A stretch of 64,000 nt of DNA, from contig NC_047016.1 in the NCBI RefSeq assembly GCF_902652985.1, positions 38,688,001 to 38,752,000 on the forward strand, written 5' to 3'. Position numbers and translations under genes: made by a program. Under the pieces are notes generated by a model. The model was given only the letters and a program-made list of their open reading frames with translations. It made no database searches and was not told where the DNA came from. This DNA comes from Pecten maximus. Its lineage: Eukaryota. This document shows, piece by piece, positions 26,851 to 37,173 of the stretch. Position 1 is the first letter of the stretch; each line of letters starts with the position of its first letter.

Positions 26851-28165
26851 TATATAAGTAGACATTATAAAGACAGTTTCTACAAGATATGTATTCAGTG
26901 ACATTTACATTTAAAATATACGTTTTACGGGACACATATATAAGTAGACATTATAAAGACAGTTTCTACAAGATATGTATTTAGTGACATTTAGAGAAAA
27001 AAATATACGTTTTACGGGACACATATAAAGACAGTTTCTACAAGATATGTATTTACGGGACACATATACAAGTAGCCCGAGTTTTCTCTGGCCCTGTTAC
27101 CATGTCTGGTGTAGGGCCAGAGCGCACTACTATATGAAAACGTGGAATTATCCGACACCGTTTGGTGTCGCTAAGAATTTGGTGGATATACAATAAAATC
27201 GGGTGTGACATAACACCTACCTTACATATATGGATAAATGAGATATCTATTTACCCTGGAACACCCATTTAGTCCAATCTAGGTGGTTTATTCCGCCCGT
27301 ATAGACCCTCGCTTTACGCTAGTCAAAATTTCGTACTGCTGACCCGCCATTTTGTAAGTGACAGTACGACTAACCACCCGAATCGGAACGCAATGGACCG
27401 AAAAGACCACGTATCATTTATTGTGTTTTTCGTCTTACATTGTTTAAAATAAGAAAACTAAGCTTATTATTTCCCAAAACCTGTTATATCCAATTTAAAA
27501 ATTCATTATTTATGAATTATAAGCGGTAAAATATATAAAAATAAATGTTGTATTTTTTTTCTTTTCGCTCCATCGCGCACTGATTAGGGTAATTAGGCCG
27601 ACCGCGACCTACATGGTTAGCAATATGGCGCCGAGTCAAGTATGAAATTTTGGCTAGTGTACAACGAGGGTCTATACAGACGAAATAAAACACCTAAGTG
27701 GGACTAAAGGGGTGTTTTGGGGTAAATAGATATCTCATTTATCCATATATGTAAGGTAGGTGTTATGTCACACCCGATTTTATTGTATTTCACCAAATTC
27801 TTAGCGACACCAAACGGTGTCGGATAATTCCACGTTTTCATATAGTAGTGCGCTCTGGCCCTACACCAGACATGGTAACAGGGCCAGAGAAAACTCGGGC
27901 TAATATACAAGTAGACAATTTCAGTTATAAAGACAGTTTCTACAAGATATGTATTTAGTGACATTTACATTTAAAATATACGTTTTACGGGACACATATA
28001 TAAGTAGACAATTTCAGTTATAAAGACAGTTTCTACAAGATATGTATTTAGTGACATTTACATTTAAAATATACGTTTTACGGGACACATATATAAGTAG
28101 ACAATTTCAGTTATAAAGACAGTTTCTACAAGATATGTATTCAGTGACATTTACATTTAAAATAT
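26851..28165. repeat. 86-93-bp tandem repeat interrupted by a MITE
   Basis: GTAGACA...TATAAAGACAGTTTCTACAAGATATGTATT...ATACGTTTTACGGGACACA units at 26858, 26944, 27911, 28004 and 28097. Confidence 0.85.
27073..27902. mobile_element. 830-bp MITE with ~270-bp TIRs and 9-bp TSD, nested in the 4-kb element
   Basis: TAGCCCGAGTTTTCTCTGG ... CCAGAGAAAACTCGGGCTA; ATATACAAG at 27064-27072 and 27903-27911. Confidence 0.9.
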
Positions 28166-28587
28166 ACAGCGCATTACTCCAGAGAGCATTAGAATGCAAT
28201 GTCGACACGGCATTCATCCACATCGGAGGAAATGAAATAGCGGCAGATTCATCCCCCAAAGAGATCTTCAACAACATAGCTCAATTAATTGACCAGTTCA
28301 TCGCGTCTGGCATACGAAATGTATACATTGCAGAAATTCTGACGAGGGAGCCCAGCGCCAAGAAATGTCCAGGCCTCACAAAGATGTCATTTGACCGGCA
28401 ACGAAAAAGAATAAACCAACTTCTACAGAAGAAATATGGTAACAACTTCGTCACATTAAAAGACATAAAATACCCACAAGATTACCACACGGATAAAGTC
28501 CATCTCGCCACCACAGATACTCCAAACACCAATACGCGAATGAAGAAGTACGCATCTAGAATAAGAAGATTACTGGCCAGCTGCTGA
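28135..28587 (+). pseudogene. SGNH/GDSL hydrolase-like ORF, 5'-truncated
   Basis: AFIHIGGNEI (block III GxND-like), VYIAEILTR, INQLL and HTDKVHL (block V DxxH). The N-terminal GDS block is absent, and the ORF start lies in the tandem repeat. Confidence 0.7.
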
Positions 28588-28598
28588 AGACACCAAAC

Positions 28599-28664
28599 GG
28601 CCCTTTTCAGGGCCATCCAAAACGGTCCTTTTCAGGACCAACACAAATGGCCCTTATTAGGGCC
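28599..28664 (+). terminator. Three tandem histone-type 3' stem-loops
   Basis: GGCCCTTTTCAGGGCC (28599-28614), GGTCCTTTTCAGGACC (28624-28639) and GGCCCTTATTAGGGCC (28649-28664). Each has a 6-bp stem, a 4-nt loop and A-rich flanks; period is 25 nt. Confidence 0.85.
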
Positions 28665-29278
28665 AACAATATTTTTAAAAAAGTGCCAAGCACGCCTCGA
28701 ATTTACGCAAAATCTAGTGATATTTATTTTTACAACAAAACCTTTAACCAATTATTGAAAATTCCATTTGATTTCCTTTAGAAAAAAAATATATATTTAT
28801 TTCCGAAAATGAACTATATTATCGCAATTACATCCATATAAATATATTGTATAGGTTCAATAGTATTTAGTAAAGTTTTATAGGTTCCATAGTATTTAGT
28901 AAAGTTATATTATTATTATCCTCCAAAATGAAGAGCATGACATAATAACAAAACAATGTTCAAAACACATATATGTTACAGAAAATGCATGGCAATATGA
29001 TAATACACTTGGTAAACATAAATGGTATGATTATTAGTTTAAGTTTGAAAATGAGCAAAATTATAGATTATTTTGAAGAACTAGATTTGAATATGATGAT
29101 CATCGTACAGGTCAAGCATATACTTTATATGAGATATTGTATTGAACTGTTCTAGTATATCTGTTTCCAATGAATAAGCCATATAGCCTCCCAGTAAAAT
29201 GTGAACTAACATATATTCTGACAATTAATGCAAAAATGAAATAAATTAAATATCAGAAATAGATACGATTGCACACAT

Positions 29279-29373
29279 AAACAATTTTTTTCCAATATTC
29301 TTGGTTAGGAAACAATTTTTTTCCAATATTCTTGGTTAGGAAACAATTTTTTCAAATATTCTTGGTTAGGAAA
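29279..29373. repeat. ~31-bp tandem repeat x3
   Basis: AAACAATTTTTTTCCAATATTCTTGGTTAGG repeated. Confidence 0.85.
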
Positions 29374-30032
29374 TGTACCATCATCTAGTGACAGTTTTAA
29401 GAATACAAATAATTGATACTTTTTAACATATCTGGTATATAACCATTTTGAACACATTCATTTGTTTCATACAAAAAACATCTTAAAATAAAAATGTTAC
29501 TGGTTAAATTACTTCTTTTCATTCTACACAACCTACCTAGAAACAATAGTTTTTTTTATATCTATGTATGCTTCAATAGATGTCCATCCAAGTACGGAGG
29601 TCAAGATCTATAGGTTCAATAGTATTTAGTAAAGTTCTTAAAAGGGAGGTAACCCCTACTTAATTTTGATTCTTAAACCAATCGACAAAGACCGTACGTA
29701 ATAATTATTAAAAAATGTCAAAAACATCGTTTTGATACGTTATTGATGTAATATATATTGATTTGTGTGGAATATAATGGTAGATTTGGGTAGATTTGGG
29801 TAGATTTGGGTGGATTTGGGTAGATTTGGGTAGATTTGGGTAATTCGTCGTGCCGAAAGATCATGGGACATAACCCAATTAGCACTTCCTGTTTATTTTG
29901 GAAATGGCTCGATGGAGACGGAAAATAGACGTCGCTGTCAGATACACTAGAAGGTATATTTGTGCCGAATGAATGGGTCAGTGTTGCAAAACTTTATAAA
30001 TAACAGTTTTATGGTGATTGAATGACTCAAAT

Positions 30033-30605
30033 ATGAAATTAGGAACTGTTACGCCTCCTGTTTTCCTCCTTGTGTATCTGCTTCAAATACTAGTGACAGG
30101 AAGTAAGGCCACAACACTGCGATGTGAAACTCTGCTTCTTGGTCAGTACACATGCAGAGAACCTGAAATAGATATAGACACACAAAGTGCAAAGGGATGC
30201 AGAGAAAACAGAACGGTCCTTGTTCCGTGTATGCCAGCTGAAGAGATAAATTGTATCGGATTAGATGGACAAGCTATGACTTACAATGGAACAATTGTTG
30301 GATTCTTAAAAGAAATTCCTTGCAGATGGACCAATGGCTACTCTTTTGAGACCTCTTTGTTATTATCTATTTTTCTTGGAATGTTTGGGATCGACAGATT
30401 CTATCTCGGATATCCTGCTATTGGTTTACTAAAATTTTCAACACTTGGATTTTTCTTCCTTGGACAGCTTGTGGACATTATATTGATTGCTACACAAGTA
30501 GTTACTCCATCTGATGGATCAGACTATGTCATTGACTACTATGGGGCTGGTTTAACAAAGATTATCATGGACAAATTCACATTTGTTAAGCCCCCCGATT
30601 CTTAA
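30033..30605 (+). CDS. TM2D1: TM2 domain-containing protein 1, single coding exon
   Basis: Signal-peptide-like N-terminus from ATG 30033, Cys-rich ectodomain (LLLGQYTC..P.ID..TQ), then TM2 domain LLSIFLGMFGIDRFYLGYPAIGLLKFSTLG...PSDGSDYVIDYYG, characteristic of the TM2D1 subfamily. Confidence 0.92.
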   Translation: MKLGTVTPPVFLLVYLLQILVTGSKATTLRCETLLLGQYTCREPEIDIDTQSAKGCRENRTVLVPCMPAEEINCIGLDGQAMTYNGTIVGFLKEIPCRWTNGYSFETSLLLSIFLGMFGIDRFYLGYPAIGLLKFSTLGFFFLGQLVDIILIATQVVTPSDGSDYVIDYYGAGLTKIIMDKFTFVKPPDS

Positions 30606-30780
30606 GTTGAATGGAAATTCACAATTTCAACACTGCTCAGTTTAACTCCTAATGCATATCATTATTTTCTGGAAATCCAAAACAAATGATCATCTTAATG
30701 AATGATTTTGGCTTGATAGCAAGTCAATAGAAAGTTTGTAATAAATAGTTTCACATATCCATTTTTTGTTCTCATTTATG

Positions 30781-31071
30781 TGGGGCTGTGATCATACCTC
30801 AGAATGCCATCCACCTAGCTAACGTTAGATGAAGATCCAAGATGTGTGGTTCAATACTCCTAACGCCCATTTCTGCTTGTGTTTCTCAGAAAGTTGAGAA
30901 AGGGGCTAGTCTGTGTTGTCGTAGTTATGTCCTTGGGCAATATTTGCTCTAGATGGCACGCAACAGGTCTCTCGTATGTTGTTAGTGAGGTAATCACCAG
31001 CTACTGCAATTTGCAAGGAGACCCTGTCTCAAAATGACCATGCTTGTTCCTGGGTGATAAACTCAGCAAAC
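30781..31071 (+). mobile_element. Degraded CORE-like SINE
   Basis: GGGGC head, B-box-like GGTTCAA and TGTCCTTGGGCAA core; same family as 1185-1345. Confidence 0.5.
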
Positions 31072-31172
31072 ATGTATTATAGCTGGCATTAGCTGCTGAA
31101 TTTCTATAAATATTCTGAATATGCATTTCACCTTATGAAATATCTATACATTGTATAACAAGGAAGTCTTGT

Positions 31173-31548
31173 AACAAACATCAAAGATGGCCGCCTAACA
31201 GCCATTTTTTTCTGATCAAAAATCTCAATTCAAATCGCACTAGGCACCAAGGGAAACCTATATAGCTACACACAAAGATTTGAGGAATATCCCTGGCCCT
31301 CCATGGCCAGTACTTTTCCAGAAATAGTGATAAAAAACTTCAATTCTCAAAATCAAAGGCCATTTTGTTTTTCTGATCTAAAATCTATATTCAAATTGCA
31401 CAAATAGGGACCAAGGGGAACCTACACATGAAGTTTGAGGAATATCCCTCCAGTACTTTTCAAGAAATGGTAATAACAAGGATTGTTTATGGATGGATGG
31501 ACCACAGACACGGGGCAATTCACCATCTAATGATTATGGGCTAAAAAG
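31173..31548 (-). mobile_element. Degraded HINE of the 155-bp family (~2 units)
   Basis: AAGATGGCCGCC, GGCACCAAGGGAAACCTA and AGTACTTT are shared with 21398-23478; (GGAT)n, then GGGCTAAAAA. Confidence 0.65.
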
Positions 31549-33494
31549 ATTTTTCAAAAGAAGTTTAAATTTATATAGTTTAAATGTTCAATACTAGACA
31601 ATCACTTCTATCATAGATGATACACAAGTATGTACAACATAAATGGTCATTGCTTCATCAGTCATGTTTGCAGAATTTGTACAGTAGAACCTGTGTATAA
31701 AGGACACCTAAGGGACAAGGCAAACGTGTCATTTATAGAGAGGTGTCCTTATGTGTATTAGGTGAACTCTCACTGCTCAAGCATCTTCAAAGTCAAAGAT
31801 AATGGATACTATCAATAATTTAAGTTAGACCTTCATCAAAAGTGTTTCAAGGATATGAAATAATATACAAAATGCAACATCAAGTTTCTTGATATTTCCC
31901 CAAGGATTTATTACATGGTTAAATGCATAGTTCAGTAAAAATCATGACTGTATATGTGCAGTATGTACAGAATTTTGTATTACAATGAACAATCTCCAAT
32001 CTTATATTATGAATAACTTAACATATATTTTGGTTTATGTACACAACCATATCAACATGATATTCCTCTGTATGTACATGGTACTGTGATAATATATACA
32101 CGGTGCACTGTACATCAATAGCACAAACAGCATACAAACTGGCTTACCGACAGTTAATTAAGTACTGATGAAAGTTTAGCCAAACACACACTTTGAACAC
32201 ATTTACTCTATCACGCATATTTTGTGGCCGTGTACTTCTAATATTACAATAATTTTTATATCACAATTGTTTTTTTCTTCATAACAAATCAAGTTTATTT
32301 CTCCAATATTCACTTGAAAAAGACAAATTACCTGTTAAAGTAACTGCAGCATACCAGGTATGTTATTATTATTATTAACGAAAAATACTTTTAACTTGTT
32401 TAAAGTGTGGAGAAAAATAATCGAACAAGGGCATGTTTCAGGGGTAAGAAAATCTTGAAACCTTCGGGAAGAAACATGAGAATCCAAACTCAACAAAAGT
32501 TTGATTCTAGATTGTCACACTGTTACTTTCTTCTTTTGAGATTTCCCTGTCCATGGGATATGCCCTTCAGATACTTTTAAAACAACGTCTTATATTTTCA
32601 TGATTATGATATTCTGATAATTGCATTTGTATTCCTTAATGAAAGTCTTATTATGTCATTGATAAGCTTAAAGTAAGTGTAAAATAAGGGCGAAAACTGT
32701 TTTGTCAAAGTGAATATATAACAAGGATAAAATAACATGGAATGGCTGTACCTTGTACTAAGTTTGTCTAGACTTCATTTAAATCCATTTTTTGTTATTT
32801 TATTTAACAATAAATTGTTATCATTATTCGTGAGAAGAGTTTCACTGCAACGACAATAAAATATTTTTTTTGTACTGAGTAAATTTATTTTAATAACAAA
32901 TTTAAGTTAACTTTTAAAACGAGAAGTTGCAACACATATACATTGTACATGCATTGATAAACTCATTAAAATATTAAAGGGAGATAATTCATAGCACATA
33001 TCACAGGTATGCTGCATAACAGTATACATGCAAACAAATTCCTTGTGCTGTTTGGCAATATTTCCCCGATAAGCAAGACAGAGTGTCTATTATTTTCCAA
33101 GATCTTATCTATAAAATGATTATGCTATTGATAGGAAAATTGTAAAACACAAATATATTCCTGTTCCATGCAGTCACAACTTCAAACCATCTCAGCAGTA
33201 AAAAGTTAAAAACAAAAAAGAACATGGCCATGGGCAGCCAAAATCAAAGTTTGAAATAATCATTGAACATGTGATATGTTGAAACAAAGTTATGTATTAC
33301 ATTCTATATTAGGTGTAATATTTTTCTAATGCAGAATGTTGTATAACTATTAAATTATATATACAGACTGATGAAGGGTTCCATGTATATATTCGTTTTC
33401 CCCATGGCAAGTTTTCCTTTAAAAATCAAACATTCTACACAGTTTATTTTTACATATCACAGAAGGGATGGCCCTTTGTGTACTAATACATACA

Positions 33495-33638
33495 TCTAAC
33501 AGTGGTAAATACTAGCTGCTTCCTATTGATTTGTCAAGAATTTCTCTTGAACTAATTTGATGGAGTGTTAGTCTAGTATATTAGGGGTCTTGGGTTCGAT
33601 TCCAAGCAGAGTCATTAACGATAATGACTTGTGTTACA
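33495..33638 (+). mobile_element. Diverged copy of the tRNA-containing solo-LTR family
   Basis: Colinear with the reverse complement of 20030-20188 (TAAC..TGGTAAAT..TAGC, TTCTCTT, GAGTGT.AG.CTAGTA, GGGTTC.AT.CC, TGTTACA). Confidence 0.45.
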
Positions 33639-36454
33639 GATTTTTGGTCAGTGATTAAGCATATACACTGTTATGAATCAAATTATTTAATATACTGTAA
33701 ACAGCTTTACAGCTCTGTAATTCAATGTACATAAATTATTATTACAGTAAATATTTTTTGCCATACTTTCACCCTAATTATGAAAGTAATGTCATCAATT
33801 ACATGTGATGAAAATTACTATTATGACAGAAACTCAGATTCAGGCATGCCTACATATTCATCCCTTCGCCACTGGAGTATGAAACATTCAACATAGATCT
33901 GGATGACTAGAGCAACATAGATTAATAAAGTCTTGACAAATATGAATGAAAATAGTAACATGATCTGTGCTTTAGAACTAAATTAACATAACGTTAACAC
34001 TGTCACAAACAAAATATCCAGTGCTACTTATGATACCTATACAGTACATGTATTCCTATAAGTCTTTATATAATCTATAAGTAACAATTAAATCAAAACA
34101 GTTTTCCTTTTAGTAATTACAAAACTTGTCTTTTGCTTCTTGGAAATATATGTTATACCAATATCATGTACTTGGTATATTACCACTTTGTTCAAACTTT
34201 GAATTCTATGGTCATTAATCTGAAGATCTTGATGATAATCTTAATAGTTTGTTATAATGTTACAGTAGAGAGCATAAGACTACAAAATTCAATTCCATTT
34301 TACATGATAATCAGATTGTAAGATTACAGTGCGAAGTATTTTCCCCAGTAAGAACCAATAAATTACCCTTATCCTTGGTCTGTATATGTATCGCTATGGT
34401 TTCATATTCAAGAATTCTTGTCCACTGGAATGTGATAAGTTGAAATAATATTGTGTTACATTATTTCAAATAAGCTGCATTAATTTGAAATGATGTGTAA
34501 ATCATTTCTTCAATACATAAAGGTTTGTAACTGCCAGTAACTTTATTATTTGTCATACTGGTATAAAACTAGGGCACAGTAGCTGGATAAGGGAGAAATC
34601 TCCAATGAACTATATACATGTATCACTACATGGCACAAATAGATTGCAATGAAATATTGCATATTCAATATCCTGTGAGGCTGTAGGCCTGTTCATTTGT
34701 GCAGACAAACAAGTTCCTCTGTTTATACATGTAAATGTAATATTTCAAGCTATATATATGTCAGAACTTATCTGAAAGATTGAAACTAACAAAATCACCA
34801 AGGTCAGTCCTCATTTCATAAACAAACAACTCTGGTCCAACCAGTTCAACTCTATGGACCATGATAAAGAAAATGACCTGGTTTGAGCCCTTGCAGATTA
34901 ACAAGGTAATCACCGAACCAATACATATCAGTGCAGGAATGTCTACATTTTCATGAATTTTTTCTTCAATGAAGCATTAAACATGTTTGTTTTGCAAATA
35001 CATTTTGTGGCTGATCATGAATTCACAAAAAATTTAGAATATTTAATGATCCCTGTGTAAATGTTTTTAGCTATAAGCTAGGGCATTTTCAAGGCAGTTT
35101 ACATTTCACTATTTTCAGCCTTAGCAATGATGCTGAATTCATCCTGATAATGACATTCAATAATAGTACAGGGCGTTAAATTGTAGACTTATACAGTGAT
35201 TAGAAACCCACATGGGTGAAATAGAACAACCAGGACTACATATTTCATCTATATATGATCTGCACCAGTCTTTGTGGAGTTGACTTGAACACAGGTGAAA
35301 GTACAATGACTAATTCAAAAGAGCCTATTGCGTACATCATAATTGGCCTATATGTATGGTCTTTAATTTTGAAAATTCCACACTTATGTACATTGTACAG
35401 CTTAAATGGCCATGGAGAAATATAAATTATAAAATAAGAAAATTTCATTTCAAAGATAGCAAAAATGAAACTGATTACAAAGGAAAAATTTCATTTAAAA
35501 AAGATCTCTTACAGCACAACACCAGGACTGTTTATTTTACAATACAACACAAAGGCTGTAAGCTTTTCACCTATATATCAAGTATAATTTAAAGCACCAA
35601 AATTAGGTAGTAAAAAGCAGTACAGAGTTATGGGTCAGATATTCATTTTTTAATCACACATGATGTCTCGCTCATCTATCGATGAACAACATTACCTTGC
35701 AAACTACAACTGAAACCACTATCCTTGCAGAAAAGTTCAGACACCAAGGCTGATACTCTGCTCACAACAAAAATCACAGATTATCACAGAAAGGCATGTA
35801 ATGGTAGACAGGCAACATACACTGTAATGGGTTTGGTTCTTATTCCTCAAGTTTGTGTCGGACCCACTGGAATTATTTGGGGATATTTTTGCTTTGTTTT
35901 TTTTTTTTAATTTAAAAAAGTGACAGAAAATACAATGATATCTATTATAGTTTCCAAAGTTAGATTAAGGTTCTGTAAAGTAAATTCATATACATACTGA
36001 TAATGCTAAAAACCTTGAAAAGGTATTGGCATAAAAAAAAAACTGCTGGTTAGTATACTGTTGTTGGAATGGGTTATATCAAACCAATATTGCAAAATCC
36101 ACAATATCATAATTAATTTCTTGTAAAAGCTTGGCTTTTTGAAATTGTTAAATAACACGTCATGAAAATCTCTAAACCATATCACTTCATGTGTAACAAA
36201 TATGACAAATGACAATGTCTTTTTCATGTACTGATAGCAGTATCATTAACATTAATGAAAAATAATAGAAAGCTCCAGGTGAATGGCTTGTGGTCTACTT
36301 TGGAAGTTCTGTCTTTTCCATGTGGTAGAGAATAGTGCTGGTAAACACTACCTTTGTTGTTAGAGCTACACAAACAGCAGGTTGTTGTCGGATGGAATCC
36401 AAAATATAACAGACACATATATTACACCACTAGTGTACAAGTGTTACTGCTCTC

Positions 36455-36776
36455 TTTCTGCGAGGCATACGAGGGATCCACAGGAACACGAATCAACATT
36501 CTGTGAGGGATCCACAGGAGCACGTATCAACATTCTGTGAGGGATCCACAGGAGCACATATCAACATTCTGTGAGGGATCCACAGGAGCACGTATCAACA
36601 TTCTGTGAGGGATCCACAGGAGCACGTATCAACATTCTGCGAGGCATATGAAGGATCCATATGACCACCTGTCAAGTTTCCGTGAGGGATCCATAGGACC
36701 ACCTGTCAACTTTCCGTGAGGGATCCATTGGACCACATGTCAACTTTCTGCGAGGCATATGAGGGATCCACAGGAC
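36455..36776. repeat. 36-bp minisatellite downstream of GOLGA2
   Basis: GAGGGATCCACAGGAGCACGTATCAACATTCTGT units. Confidence 0.9.
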
Positions 36777-37173
36777 GAAAAACATTAAACCTCTAGTTGT
36801 ATATTCTATGATGCCAACCCTCTTACGAAGTATCTGAACGAGTTGGTGGTGGTACATAGTCCCAATGTCAGATAAATGTCTAGTCTCTGATGTTTTCTCC
36901 TCATTCACTAATGGCAACCCGTCCCACAGGGAGAGGTGTGTATGCCTTTCATTTCTTTGTTAGAAATCTCCTATCCTGTATTAGAGATGATACGCCCACT
37001 TTGTTGAGTCAGGCGTTTCCTCCAATCCAGAGAAGTGTACTCACACTGTCTATGCCAGTTTAAATAACTTGTGGCACACAGGCATGATAAGCACATTTTC
37101 TTACGATCAGCCAAACATGATTTTGACCACAAACCTTTAAAGGTGTTAGTAAGGTATCTTTCTACAATTTCAC

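Larger units (their letters stand above)
25839..29854. mobile_element. 4.0-kb non-autonomous TIR DNA transposon with 9-bp TSD and cargo
   Basis: GAAAGATCA at 25830-25838 and 29855-29863. TIRs GGGCGCGACGAATT(ACCCAAATCT)n ... (AGATTTGGGT)nAATTCGTCGTGCC. No transposase ORF seen. Confidence 0.85.

Noticed and set aside
28599-28664. Hairpins as evidence of a histone gene or as bacterial terminators
   Set aside because: No histone-like ORF appears in the ORF track nearby and there are no U-tracts after the stems; the upstream ORF is SGNH-like.
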